Assembly (NCBI GenBank): GCA_045546575.1
Contig: JAZQDC010000013.1
Span: 50,256 to 114,255, forward strand
Origin: Lachnospiraceae bacterium
GTDB taxonomy: Bacteria; Bacillota; Clostridia; Lachnospirales; Lachnospiraceae
Direction: 5' to 3'
Length of the DNA stretch: 64,000 nucleotides
The notes beneath the pieces were generated by a model. It worked only from the letters and a program-made list of their open reading frames with translations, ran no database searches and was not told where the DNA came from. Shown here one piece after another: positions 47,939 to 58,465 of the stretch. A program made the position numbers and the translations under genes. Each line of letters starts with the position of its first letter. The stretch's first letter is position 1.

Positions 47939-48778
47939 ATGATGTGTGACAACAGTGGTGAAATAGTTCCTGATACTTTGGTTGAGGTACTGCAAGATGA
48001 GGAAGAAATCAAATGGAACATCGAAAGATCAATGGAGGATCGCTATCTTGTTGTGGAAGGCAAGAAGAGGAGAGATACCTTTGAAGAAGAGATGCTGTTG
48101 CAGAATCAAATCTCCGGATTGTTGCCTATGGAGACTCGATGGAAGGATGGGGCGAAGGAATATAGATATTGTATTACCGGTTGTCGTTGTCTTGAGGAAG
48201 AATTAAAGGGAAGAAAAATTTCGGGAGAGGAGTACCAGAGGTTATTTTCCGAGATATTTGAGTGTATGTCTCGAGGAAAAAAGTATTTACTACAAGAGGA
48301 TAGTTTTTTGTTATCAAAAGATAGCATTTTCATTCATGAGGGAACGGGCGTAGTGGAGATATGTTATGTTCCGGATTACGAAAAAGCGTTGGTCACACAG
48401 TTTCGAGAGTTGTCGGAATGGTTACTGGATTATGTAGATACAAATGATAAGCAAGCCGTATATTGTGGCTATGCATTTCATGTGGTTGCACATAGTGATG
48501 CATGTAGTTTTCGTGGCTTGGAAGAAGTCTTGCAAAACGAAATAGAAGAGGATGACGAGGTGCAGAGGACGTTACATGAGAAGAATTGCGTTCAAGTATC
48601 GGAATCGTGGGTAGATGCAGAACCGATAATTGACGAGACAACAGAATACGCCACCACTGAGGTGCAGAAGGCAGGAGAAAAAGCAAAAAGGGGGCAAAGA
48701 AGAGAGATATGGTCAATGCTAAAGGGGATTGCTCTTGTATTGATTCTTGTGGCAGTGGTGTTTTGGGCTATGAACTGA
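47939..48778 (+). CDS. Hypothetical protein with a C-terminal TM anchor (last gene of the Tad cluster)
   Basis: No known domain; C-terminus IWSMLKGIALVLILVAVVFWAM. Confidence 0.45.
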   Translation: MMCDNSGEIVPDTLVEVLQDEEEIKWNIERSMEDRYLVVEGKKRRDTFEEEMLLQNQISGLLPMETRWKDGAKEYRYCITGCRCLEEELKGRKISGEEYQRLFSEIFECMSRGKKYLLQEDSFLLSKDSIFIHEGTGVVEICYVPDYEKALVTQFRELSEWLLDYVDTNDKQAVYCGYAFHVVAHSDACSFRGLEEVLQNEIEEDDEVQRTLHEKNCVQVSESWVDAEPIIDETTEYATTEVQKAGEKAKRGQRREIWSMLKGIALVLILVAVVFWAMN

Positions 48779-48901
48779 TAATTTAGAAGGTCTTTTGAAA
48801 ACTTTCCGCATTAGATGCCGGTCCTCCGTTGGATATTCGATGAAAATGTGTTATAATGATTCTAACTTGTTGTGTGACTGAGAGGTCGGGAAGGAGCAGG
48901 T

Positions 48902-50392
48902 ATGAAGTATATAATGGCATTGGACCAGGGAACAACCAGTTCTCGATGCATTTTGTTTGATGAAAGTGGGGAGATTGTTAGTAGTGCGGCGAAGGAGTTT
49001 ACACAGATTTATCCACGCCCCGGTTATGTAGAGCATAATCCTATGGAGATATGGTCTTCGCAAATTGGTGTGGCGGCGGAAGCAATGGCAAAGATTAATG
49101 TGAAAGGTGAGGATATCGCCGCAGTAGGTATTACGAACCAAAGGGAGACGGTGGTGGTATGGAATCGACATACCGGACTGCCGGTATATAATGCCATTGT
49201 ATGGCAGTGCCGAAGAACCTCGGAGCGAATTGACGAGTTGAAAGCGCAGGGATATGGGGAGATGCTTACGGAGAAGACGGGGCTTATTCCGGATGCATAC
49301 TTTTCAGCATCGAAGTTGGAGTGGATTTTGGATCATGTGGAAGGTGCCAGAACAGATGCGGAAAATGGAGACTTGTTGTTCGGTACCGTGGATACGTGGT
49401 TGTTGTGGAATTTGACAAAGGGAAAGGTGCACTGTACGGACTATACGAATGCATCTCGCACTATGTTGTTCAATATTGAAACATTGGATTGGGATGAGGA
49501 GATTCTTGAGTTGTTTCGTGTTCCACGGAAGATGTTGCCGAAGGTTGTGTCCTCCAGTGAAGTATATGGTTATGCGGATAAGAGTTTGTTCGGCACGGAG
49601 ATTCCTATTGCGGGAATGGCAGGGGATCAGCAGGCTGCATTATTTGGACAATGTTGTTTCGAGCCGGGACAAGTAAAGAATACATATGGTACCGGGTGTT
49701 TTTTGTTGATGAATACCGGACATGCACGAAAGCGTTCATCACATGGACTGTTAACCAGTATTGCGGCGGGTGGTCCGGGAGATGTGGAATATGTTTTGGA
49801 AGGTAGTGTTTTTGTGGCCGGGGCGGCTATTCAGTGGTTGAGAGACGAGATGCATGTGATCCGAACTGCGGCAGAGTCAGAGGAATTGGCGAGAAGAGTG
49901 GAAGACACTGCAGGCGTATATATTGTGCCGGCATTTACCGGAATGGGTGCACCGTATTGGGACCAATATGCAAGAGGAACGGTAGTAGGAATAACAAGAG
50001 GGTGTAAGAAGGAGCATTTTGTCCGTGCAACCCTTGAGTCTATTGCCTATCAAGTAGAGACTGTGTTGAAAGCAATGGAGCAGGATGCGCAGACGCATTT
50101 GAAGGAGTTGAAGGTAGACGGCGGTGCCAGCGCGAATAATTTCTTGATGCAATTTCAGGCAGATATACTAGAGGCTACCGTAGTTAGTCCCAACTGTATT
50201 GAGACAACTGCGCTGGGAGCAGCGTACCTTGCCGGACTTGCGGTGGGATATTGGAAGGACAAGGAGTCTATACGAGCGAACTGGAAAGCAGATAGAGTAT
50301 TTCAACCTTCTATGAATGAGGAAAGACGGGCCAAATTGCTCCGAGGATTTTCAAGAGCAGTTGCCAGTGCAAGATTGTTCCGTGAAGAGTAA
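48902..50392 (+). CDS. glpK: Glycerol kinase
   Basis: [21 protein letters not shown]...[11 protein letters not shown] is the classic FGGY kinase N-terminus. Confidence 0.96.
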   Translation: MKYIMALDQGTTSSRCILFDESGEIVSSAAKEFTQIYPRPGYVEHNPMEIWSSQIGVAAEAMAKINVKGEDIAAVGITNQRETVVVWNRHTGLPVYNAIVWQCRRTSERIDELKAQGYGEMLTEKTGLIPDAYFSASKLEWILDHVEGARTDAENGDLLFGTVDTWLLWNLTKGKVHCTDYTNASRTMLFNIETLDWDEEILELFRVPRKMLPKVVSSSEVYGYADKSLFGTEIPIAGMAGDQQAALFGQCCFEPGQVKNTYGTGCFLLMNTGHARKRSSHGLLTSIAAGGPGDVEYVLEGSVFVAGAAIQWLRDEMHVIRTAAESEELARRVEDTAGVYIVPAFTGMGAPYWDQYARGTVVGITRGCKKEHFVRATLESIAYQVETVLKAMEQDAQTHLKELKVDGGASANNFLMQFQADILEATVVSPNCIETTALGAAYLAGLAVGYWKDKESIRANWKADRVFQPSMNEERRAKLLRGFSRAVASARLFREE

Positions 50393-50407
50393 AGGAGAAC
50401 ATCGTAG

Positions 50408-51562
50408 ATGTGGAATAAGTTGCAGCAATATTTTGCGGGAAGACATTTTCACGAAGTGGACCTTCATATGGAGAACAGCAAGTTGTTCTATATTGCTGAG
50501 AGGACCGCAGCGAATATGGTATGGTTACTTCGCGAGGAGTTTATGCAAGAGCTTTCTGCGCAACAGTACAAGTATTACCGAGAGACGATACGTAACATTT
50601 TCGTGAAACAAGGGTATTCCATGGTTTCTATCTTGGCATTGTTTTTGACCTCGGACATTGCGGGAACAAAGGAGATTGCGGAAGAAAGTATGTTTTGGAT
50701 TGTGGACGAAGCGTATGGACGTTTGGTTGTATATGAAAATCAGCCGGAAGACTTTTTGGGCTTGCGTGGAATGATCGAAAATAACCTTCATTTTGGTGGA
50801 GAGAGCCGAAACAGTCAAGGAGCACAGCGAACCGCAGATCGAGATAATTTTCGGAATCAATGCAAGACGACAGATTTTACGGAAGCAAAGAAAAGTACCG
50901 GAGATAGGCATGCGACATATCGAGCTTATGCGAAACAGCAACGATATAAGGACATTCGATCATGGACTCGCCGATGGAGAGACTATAACTGGTGTGTCGG
51001 CGTTTTGATTATTGTAAATGTATTCATATTCCTATGCACAGATTTGTTTCAGCAGTGGCATTGGTTGGAACAGGGTGGATTGTCGTGGATGCTTGTGTTT
51101 GATGGAGAATGGTACCGCATGTTGACCAGTATGTTTTTGCATTTTGACATGGGGCATATCTCTAACAATATGTTGTCCTTGTTTGGGGTTGGCGGTTTGG
51201 TTGAGCAGAGACTGGGGCATTTACGATTTGTAATATTATATTTCTTGTCTGGAATCGGAGCAGGAGCAGCCTCTCTGTTCTATCACTGGAAACAGAACGA
51301 AAATGTATTGTCTGCCGGGGCTTCCGGAGCAATATACGGTGTGGCTGGGGCAGTTGTGATTTTGCTTTTAGTGGAGGCGAACAGTCGTAGTCAGGAAAAT
51401 GTATTTCGTGTGGTATTGTTTTTAGTGATACTGTTTTCTTCTGTTTTTACAGGGGAGAATGTCGATAATGCGGCACATATCGGAGGCTTTCTTGTTGGGG
51501 CAGCTTGTTATTTACTCATGACTTCCGTAGAAAGATCGCGATGGAAGAGAATATATCGATAG
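50408..51562 (+). CDS. Rhomboid-family intramembrane serine protease with an N-terminal cytoplasmic domain
   Basis: GASGAIYGV (catalytic Ser) and AHIGGFLVG (catalytic His) in a 6-TM core. Confidence 0.85.
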   Translation: MWNKLQQYFAGRHFHEVDLHMENSKLFYIAERTAANMVWLLREEFMQELSAQQYKYYRETIRNIFVKQGYSMVSILALFLTSDIAGTKEIAEESMFWIVDEAYGRLVVYENQPEDFLGLRGMIENNLHFGGESRNSQGAQRTADRDNFRNQCKTTDFTEAKKSTGDRHATYRAYAKQQRYKDIRSWTRRWRDYNWCVGVLIIVNVFIFLCTDLFQQWHWLEQGGLSWMLVFDGEWYRMLTSMFLHFDMGHISNNMLSLFGVGGLVEQRLGHLRFVILYFLSGIGAGAASLFYHWKQNENVLSAGASGAIYGVAGAVVILLLVEANSRSQENVFRVVLFLVILFSSVFTGENVDNAAHIGGFLVGAACYLLMTSVERSRWKRIYR

Positions 51563-51593
51563 CACCGAAAGAAGGGTGCGGAATGGAGCGCAG

Positions 51594-51860
51594 ATGTTTC
51601 GTTTATGGGCTAAGGAATGGCAGAATAATCATTTGGTACGTGACATGGTAGTGTGCAATGAAGAACCGGTGAATCGAACGAAGAAGGTGTTTGATGCACT
51701 GGATACAGTGTGCAGAGAATTTGATCTTGCAAAGCCTATGTGGCTTGATGTGAATGTGAAAGATTTTAAGAGACATGCCAAGACACGGTTTGGCAAGGAT
51801 AATTTCAATGAGGAGATATCCTTCGACTATCTGGAGATTCATGTGATAGAAGAGGATTAG
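51594..51860 (+). CDS. Small hypothetical protein upstream of dnaX
   Basis: 88-aa ORF with RBS GGAG; no known domain. Confidence 0.4.
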   Translation: MFRLWAKEWQNNHLVRDMVVCNEEPVNRTKKVFDALDTVCREFDLAKPMWLDVNVKDFKRHAKTRFGKDNFNEEISFDYLEIHVIEED

Positions 51861-51972
51861 TGTCTCGGCGATTCCGATATTGATAATTTTCGGCGGGTAT
51901 GGTATTATGATTCTGTTATGAATCTGTGGATACACCATAGATGATTGTAAGAGTAGAGAAAGGACGGGAGTT

Positions 51973-53538
51973 ATGGCATATACAGCGTTATATCGAAAGT
52001 TTCGACCGGATACCTTTGAAGAAGTCAAGGGTCAAGAGGCCATTGTGACTACTCTAAAAAATCAGATTCGTTCGGAGCGTGTTGGCCATGCATATTTGTT
52101 CTGCGGAACCAGAGGAACCGGTAAGACGACGGTAGCGAAGATTTTGGCTAGGGCAATCAATTGCGAACATCCCGTGGACGGTAACCCGTGTAATGAATGT
52201 GCGATATGTCGTGCAATCGGCACCGGAGCGTCTATGAATGTAGTGGAAATCGATGCGGCATCCAATAATGGTGTGGATAACATTCGAGAAATTGTAGAAG
52301 AAGTTCGGTATTCCCCTACGGAAGGTAAGTATCGAGTATATATTATCGATGAGGTTCACATGCTTTCGGCAGGAGCATTCAACGCATTGCTGAAGACATT
52401 GGAAGAACCCCCGTCATATGTAGTCTTCATCTTAGCAACAACAGAAGCACACAAGATTCCGATTACGATTTTATCGCGTTGCCAGCGATATGATTTTAAG
52501 AGAATCCGCATAGAGACAATTGCGGGCCGATTGTTGGATTTGTGTGAGAGAGAAGGCATTGTTACTGACGAAAAGGCCATGAATTATGTGGCCAAGGTTG
52601 CAGACGGTTCCATGCGAGATGCGCTGAGTTTATTGGAACGTTGCGTGGCATTTTACTATCAGCAAGAGCTAACGTATGATCGTGTCCTGGAGATTTTGGG
52701 CAGTGTGGACATGGAAGTGTTTGGACGAGCACTTCGATATATTCATAACGGCGAAGTGATTCGATGTATGGGTCTGCTTGAGGAGATGGTGACTTCGGGA
52801 AGAGAACTCTCGCGATTTGTGGTGGATTTCACATGGTACATGCGAAATCTTCTGTTGGCACAGAGCGGCGAAGACATTAGCGAGGTTCTAGAGGTGTCCA
52901 CAGAGCAGATGCAGATGTTGATTCATGAAGCACAGGTGTTTGGGGCTGATGAACTCATGCGATATATTCAAGTATGTTGTGAACTGACTAACCAGTTGCG
53001 ATATGCTACACAGAAGCGAGTACTGATAGAGATGGCCTTTGTGCGATTGTGCAGACCTCAGACGGAGAAGGACTCCGGTGCGATGTTGGAACGTATTCGA
53101 CAGCTGGAAGATGCTTTGGATGATTTGCGTAGAACGGGAGTTGCAGTTCCTATCGCTGAGGTACCGGTGGAGAAGCCCGCAGAAATGGTGGCGAAAATGC
53201 CGCAGGCACTTCCGGAAGATATTGCTCAAGTGGCACAGGAATGGAAGGGAATCGTTCGTCAGTTTCCCTTGCCAGGCAGGATGAGCTTGGATAATTGCAG
53301 ACCGAGCGTAACGGAAAACGGACATTTGCTTGTTGTATTTCGTAATGTGACGGATTACACGTTGATGAATACGGATGACAAGAAAGCATTGCTGCAGAAG
53401 ATTATCGGTAATGTTACCGGCAAGCAGGTGACGATTGATCTAAAATTGTTACAAGATGGTGAGTCTGTGAATCAATATGCGGATATTACGGTGCTTAATC
53501 AGCGCCTAAAGAATATTAAAATAGAAATAACCGATTAG
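51973..53538 (+). CDS. dnaX: DNA polymerase III subunit gamma/tau
   Basis: MAYTALYRKFRPDTFEEVKGQE...GTRGTGKTT...; Zn-module CxxC. Confidence 0.96.
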   Translation: MAYTALYRKFRPDTFEEVKGQEAIVTTLKNQIRSERVGHAYLFCGTRGTGKTTVAKILARAINCEHPVDGNPCNECAICRAIGTGASMNVVEIDAASNNGVDNIREIVEEVRYSPTEGKYRVYIIDEVHMLSAGAFNALLKTLEEPPSYVVFILATTEAHKIPITILSRCQRYDFKRIRIETIAGRLLDLCEREGIVTDEKAMNYVAKVADGSMRDALSLLERCVAFYYQQELTYDRVLEILGSVDMEVFGRALRYIHNGEVIRCMGLLEEMVTSGRELSRFVVDFTWYMRNLLLAQSGEDISEVLEVSTEQMQMLIHEAQVFGADELMRYIQVCCELTNQLRYATQKRVLIEMAFVRLCRPQTEKDSGAMLERIRQLEDALDDLRRTGVAVPIAEVPVEKPAEMVAKMPQALPEDIAQVAQEWKGIVRQFPLPGRMSLDNCRPSVTENGHLLVVFRNVTDYTLMNTDDKKALLQKIIGNVTGKQVTIDLKLLQDGESVNQYADITVLNQRLKNIKIEITD

Positions 53539-53552
53539 GGAGGTCAGATTTT

Positions 53553-53906
53553 ATGGCAAAGAGAGGCGGATTCCCGGGAGGTATGCCCGGAAACATGAAC
53601 CAGTTAATGAAGCAGGCGCAGAGAATGCAGCGTCAGATGGAAGAGAAGCAGAAGGAGTTGGAGTCCAAGGTTTGGGAAGCAACTGCCGGAGGTGGCGCAG
53701 TTAAGGTTCGTGTGTCCGGACAGAAAGAAGTTGTAGGCATTGATATTGCTAAGGAAGTTGTTGATCCGGATGATGTAGAGATGTTGCAGGATTTGATTAT
53801 GGCAGCAACCAATGAGGCTTTGCGCAACATGGAAGCGGAGAGTAGCGAGATGATGAGTGATATTGCAGGCGGATTGGGCGGAGGCCTTGGTGGCTTTGGC
53901 TTCTAA
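53553..53906 (+). CDS. ybaB: YbaB/EbfC nucleoid-associated protein
   Basis: Sits in the conserved dnaX-ybaB-recR position. N-terminus ...MNQLMKQAQRMQRQMEE... Confidence 0.92.
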   Translation: MAKRGGFPGGMPGNMNQLMKQAQRMQRQMEEKQKELESKVWEATAGGGAVKVRVSGQKEVVGIDIAKEVVDPDDVEMLQDLIMAATNEALRNMEAESSEMMSDIAGGLGGGLGGFGF

Positions 53907-53928
53907 TGCCGGAAAAGGGTGAAGCATT

Positions 53929-54525
53929 GTGGAGTATTATAGCGAACATATAAGTAGACTAATTGCTGAGTTAGGGCATTTGCCGGGAATAGGTACAAAG
54001 TCAGCGGGACGTCTGGCGTTCCATTTGATCAATCAACCGGTGGAACAAGTGGAGCATTTGGCCAATATTATATTGGATGCAAGACGGAACGTTCGCTATT
54101 GTAAAGAGTGCTTTACATTGACTGATCAAGAGGTGTGTCCGATTTGTGCCAGCGAAAAACGAGATCATTCCGTAATCATGGTCGTGGAGAATTCGCGAGA
54201 TTTGGCGGCGTATGAGAAGACAAAGCAATACAAGGGTGTGTACCATGTGTTGCAGGGGGCAATCTCTCCTATGCAGGGTATCGGACCTACAGATATTAAA
54301 CTCAAGGAGTTGTTGGTGCGTCTGCAGGGAGATGTGGAGGAGGTTATCATTGCAACCAATTCCAGCTTGGAAGGTGAAGCGACCGCCATGTATATCAGTC
54401 GTTTGATTAAACCTACCGGAATTAAAGTAAGTCGTATCGCAAGCGGAGTTCCGGTTGGTGGTGATTTGGAGTATATCGATGAAGTGACGTTACTACGCGC
54501 CTTGGAGGGACGTACTTCGTTATAG
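53929..54525 (+). CDS. recR: Recombination protein RecR
   Basis: HhH motif, C4 zinc finger (CKECFTLTDQEVCPIC) and Toprim domain. Confidence 0.96.
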   Translation: MEYYSEHISRLIAELGHLPGIGTKSAGRLAFHLINQPVEQVEHLANIILDARRNVRYCKECFTLTDQEVCPICASEKRDHSVIMVVENSRDLAAYEKTKQYKGVYHVLQGAISPMQGIGPTDIKLKELLVRLQGDVEEVIIATNSSLEGEATAMYISRLIKPTGIKVSRIASGVPVGGDLEYIDEVTLLRALEGRTSL

Positions 54526-54555
54526 AGGTGTGAATGCCGGAGTCTGCCATGAGGG

Positions 54556-55179
54556 TCAGACTTCGGGCAGATATCTTCGCGAGAGGGCAGAATTTTTCTT
54601 GAGGCGTGGGAATTTTGTTTGTGTTTTGAAAGGTAGCCCTTGACAGATGCCAAGAAAGATACTGTCTGCTAATGCCATGACCAGTTGTAGGCGTGTGGTT
54701 TGTAATTGCATTTGGCGTAGGTTGTCATTATGGTCTACGATTCCTGTAATACATAAGTGTCCTACCGGTGGAAGGGCTTTGTTGACTCCGGCGCCGGGAT
54801 GTAACGGGCCGGTTGACAAGGTGAAATACCCTACGTGGGTTGCGTCTCCTAAGGAGGCATCCACGGCAATGATGAACGGGTCGTGATAATCGTGACGGAT
54901 TTTCTCCAACGTATCCATTAGATTCTTGGCATGAACAGGGGAGTCTAAGTCTCCGTAGATTTGAAAGTTTCCGTGGATGGAGCGGAGCTTATACCCGAGG
55001 AGTGGGCCAAGGCAGTCGCCCGTAGCTCGGTCAGTTCCTATACACAACAAGATAAGAGGTTGATCCTTGCGGCGGTGATATTTGATGAGATTGCGCAAGG
55101 CAGTTGCAAAGGCAAATGGCGCGCAAGGGTCTTCTATGCTGAAATAGTGCACTTGTTTTTCTGAATTATGATGGTTCAT
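54556..55179 (-). CDS. yyaC: Spore protease YyaC (GPR-like)
   Basis: LLCIGTDRATGDCLGPLLG motif. RBS AAAGGA precedes the ATG at 55179. Confidence 0.75.
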   Translation of the reverse strand: MNHHNSEKQVHYFSIEDPCAPFAFATALRNLIKYHRRKDQPLILLCIGTDRATGDCLGPLLGYKLRSIHGNFQIYGDLDSPVHAKNLMDTLEKIRHDYHDPFIIAVDASLGDATHVGYFTLSTGPLHPGAGVNKALPPVGHLCITGIVDHNDNLRQMQLQTTRLQLVMALADSIFLGICQGLPFKTQTKFPRLKKNSALSRRYLPEV

Positions 55180-55381
55180 GAAAGTGTCCTTTCTATTGTT
55201 TCTGTTTGAATTGTTACCAATATTTATATTTTTAATCTGCGAAAATAGCATAAGTTTTTGAAGGAGGGGAAGGTGTCGTAATTTGCGAGCGAAATGCCTG
55301 CATTTGATTGCATTTCGACAAGTTTTTTATGCCGGACATGTTATCCTTGGGATATGAATGTACATGTATAGGAGGTTGAGC

Positions 55382-56329
55382 ATGGAACAACGGCAGACAC
55401 CGAAATGTTTTCGGCAGATTGGACAGGGCGCTGAGCGGGAACACGTATATATTGAGGATTATGTAAAGAGTTATTTGACGCAGGAATGCGAAGAAAGATT
55501 GGACGAAGGCTGTGTCCTTGCATTGTTTGGATCGAAACAGAAGCGAGGGAGTGTACGAGAATGGTACATAGAGGGGGCGGGACGGCTACCTATAGGTATG
55601 AATAATATTTATCCCGGAGTGGAGGAAGATGTTCGGCAAGGAATCTTAGAACTGCACGAACAGCATTTTTCGGAGATGCAATTTGTGGGATGGTTTTTTC
55701 GTATGCCGGCACTTCTTCCGGAGGAGGATAGTCTCTATGAAACTTTGAGCAGAGAATGGTTCCCTGAGCAAGAACTATGTTTTCTAACTTATCGATTGTT
55801 TGATGGAATGCTTCATGCATACATGGTGCAACAAGATGCTTTTTTCGAATTGTCTGGGTACTATATATATTATGAGAAGAACATGCCGATGCAGGACTAT
55901 ATGGTGGAGCAGCATGAGAATGCAGCGCAGAGAGAACGCCCAAAAGAAGCTGCAGTAGAAGCCATTCGGGCAAGGTTTCGAGAAGATAATCAGATTATTG
56001 AAGAGAATGCCTCCTACCGGATGCCCGTGTCAAGAAAGGCATTGGGGTGGGGGAGTAGGCGACAACAAGATGCCACGAAGAAGGCTATACAGCAGAACTC
56101 GTTGGTGCAAGGACAGCAAGAGCAGCAAGCGATCTGTGAAGATACATTTTCTCGGGGTGAGTCAGGGGAAATGGCGGGCAGACGCAGGTGGTCGAGCCTT
56201 TCGGTAGCGACGCTGATAACAACACTGACTTTTTTGATGTTGTTGGCTACTTTTCTATATTTGCAATATGATAACATCGACCAAGTGGTGGAAGCCGTAC
56301 AGACATTTGCAAAAAGTATTGGATCCTAA
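55382..56329 (+). CDS. Hypothetical protein with a C-terminal TM helix
   Basis: No known domain; conserved-looking Clostridial hypothetical. Confidence 0.45.
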   Translation: MEQRQTPKCFRQIGQGAEREHVYIEDYVKSYLTQECEERLDEGCVLALFGSKQKRGSVREWYIEGAGRLPIGMNNIYPGVEEDVRQGILELHEQHFSEMQFVGWFFRMPALLPEEDSLYETLSREWFPEQELCFLTYRLFDGMLHAYMVQQDAFFELSGYYIYYEKNMPMQDYMVEQHENAAQRERPKEAAVEAIRARFREDNQIIEENASYRMPVSRKALGWGSRRQQDATKKAIQQNSLVQGQQEQQAICEDTFSRGESGEMAGRRRWSSLSVATLITTLTFLMLLATFLYLQYDNIDQVVEAVQTFAKSIGS

Positions 56330-56426
56330 TTAAAAAGTAGTGCGAAATCAGAAAAACTATGCTATAATGACTCACACACATAAGAAAAGCTCATGGCGAA
56401 GGCGAGGAAAGTACGTTTTGGAAGTG

Positions 56427-57590
56427 ATGGTTAACAACATGAAGGACAAGGTGAAGAAAGTGAAGGTGCGCTACATGGTTATCGGTGTGGTTGTGCTTCT
56501 GTTAATTGTGGCCGTTGTTGTGGGAATCAATATGAATAAGAAGAAAAACCGTACGTATCTGAGCTATGATGTTGAGATGAGCAAAGAATTGTCCGGAACG
56601 CAGACAGACGGGATTTATTCCATGAACGAAGGTGTCTTCATGTACTCGCGGGACGGTGCCAAGGTAATCGGCTCTGATGGCAAGGTTGTGTGGGATGTTT
56701 CTTATAATATGTCGAATCCGATTGCGGCAGTGTGTGGGAGTAGTGCAGCAGTGGCAGATATGGATGCTAAGTTGCTGTATATATTTGACGGTACGGGCTC
56801 GGCGAATCCTGTGGAAACCGAATATCCGATTCAGAAGATTTCTGTGGCGAATCAAGGGGTAACTGCAGTGTGGATGGATGACGGGACTCGAGATTATATC
56901 ATCCTATATGATATAGAGGGGAAGCAACTAGTAGAGATGAACACGATTATATCTGCCAGTGGATTCCCGGTGGATATCGCACTTTCTAAGGATGGAAGTA
57001 AATTGCTGACATCGTACATTAATTTCGAAGAGGAAGAGTTGTATACGCAACTTACCTTCTATAATTTCGGTGATGTAGGTGCTAACTATGTGGACGGCCT
57101 TGTAGGTCTTGAGAAGTTTAAAGAACAACTGGTAGGAGACGTGGTCTTTGCAACCAACGACATTATAGTTGCTTTTTCTGATACCGGTTTTGTTCTATAC
57201 AGTATGAAGGAGATTCAGGAGAAGATTACGGAGGTTGTAATCAACGAGACAATCATAAGTGTGGCATACAATGAGTCGTATGTTGGTGTGGTGACGAATG
57301 GTACTGCTTCCGGTGGTAACTATACTGCATACATATACAATCTGAAGGGTGAATTGATTGACCAGAGAGGGTTTACAGAGAAATATGATCATTTTCAGAT
57401 TGACGGCGATGACGTTTTGTTATATGATGATTTGCAGATATACATTTTTCGGGTAGGAGGAAAGGATAAGTTTTCTGCCACTGTGGCGAAGAATGTGAAT
57501 CATATTTATTCCGTGGACGGACAGAATCAGTTTGTTTTGGTGGGAGACAATGTACTTGAGCGAATTCGTTTGATTGGCGAACAGGAGTAA
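56427..57590 (+). CDS. Membrane-anchored hypothetical protein (DUF5711-like)
   Basis: N-terminal TM (VIGVVVLLLIVAVVV) followed by beta-rich repeats. Confidence 0.5.
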   Translation: MVNNMKDKVKKVKVRYMVIGVVVLLLIVAVVVGINMNKKKNRTYLSYDVEMSKELSGTQTDGIYSMNEGVFMYSRDGAKVIGSDGKVVWDVSYNMSNPIAAVCGSSAAVADMDAKLLYIFDGTGSANPVETEYPIQKISVANQGVTAVWMDDGTRDYIILYDIEGKQLVEMNTIISASGFPVDIALSKDGSKLLTSYINFEEEELYTQLTFYNFGDVGANYVDGLVGLEKFKEQLVGDVVFATNDIIVAFSDTGFVLYSMKEIQEKITEVVINETIISVAYNESYVGVVTNGTASGGNYTAYIYNLKGELIDQRGFTEKYDHFQIDGDDVLLYDDLQIYIFRVGGKDKFSATVAKNVNHIYSVDGQNQFVLVGDNVLERIRLIGEQE

Positions 57591-57613
57591 CAAAGGGAGA
57601 AAGGAAGAGCGAT

Positions 57614-58309
57614 ATGAATTGGTTGTTGTGTGTATGTGCGTTGGTTGTTTTGTTTTTTGCCTTACTGGGTTGGCACGAGGGATTTGTCAAGACTGTGTTT
57701 CGGTTGTTATCGTTGGCGTTGGCACTTGCTTTGGCGGCAATGATTTCTCCGGTGATTGCGAATCATTTTCTGGAGAAAGAGGATTTCGTACAGACGGTGA
57801 CAGAAGGCTTGGTTGAGACGCTGAAGTTGGAGGCATGGGAGGAACGCACTGAGATTTCGGATTCGGCAATCGATGATATGAAGTTGCCGGATGCGATTAA
57901 AGAGCAACTTCGTGAATTCAATGACAGTGAAGGATTTGCGAAACTGGCGGCGGATACTGCGGCAGAATATGTTGGTAAAGTCGTAGCGAATATCGTAATT
58001 CGTGCGGTTTGTTTTGTAATCGTGTTTGCCCTTGCATTTATTATACTCTTCCTATTATCTAATATGTTGAACCTCGTTGTTCAGATTCCGGGACTGAGTT
58101 TTATTAACAAGGTTGGAGGAATGAGCATCGGCCTGATTCAAGCGCTCATTATTATTCTAGTAGCATTCGCACTGATTACTGCGGCATCCAACACCGGATG
58201 GGGGCAGTCTTGTATGGAGTGCATTACTGAGAGCAAGATTCTGACCACATTATATGATAATAATATTATCAATGGAGCTTTTGTGGACTTGAGTTCTAGA
58301 ATGCGCTAG
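57614..58309 (+). CDS. cvpA: CvpA-family membrane protein
   Basis: 4-TM pattern with a CvpA-like N-terminus. Confidence 0.6.
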   Translation: MNWLLCVCALVVLFFALLGWHEGFVKTVFRLLSLALALALAAMISPVIANHFLEKEDFVQTVTEGLVETLKLEAWEERTEISDSAIDDMKLPDAIKEQLREFNDSEGFAKLAADTAAEYVGKVVANIVIRAVCFVIVFALAFIILFLLSNMLNLVVQIPGLSFINKVGGMSIGLIQALIIILVAFALITAASNTGWGQSCMECITESKILTTLYDNNIINGAFVDLSSRMR

Positions 58310-58465
58310 TGTTCGGTCTCGGAGAGGAAGCAGAGCAAAGAGTAGTTCCGCAGAGGCAGAGGCGCCTCTGCGGATTTTTTAATTGTAGTGTATTGCTGGG
58401 GAAATTGCGTTGCAGATGAAGTGGACCAATGTACAAGAGTTGTGGCAAGGAGAGGAGCACAGAAG

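Noticed and set aside
51860-51972. SRP RNA (scr/ffs) expected upstream of dnaX, as in Bacillus
   Set aside because: The conserved domain IV sequence (GGAAGCAGCC-type) is not present in the 51.5-52.0 kb region. A small protein ORF lies there instead.
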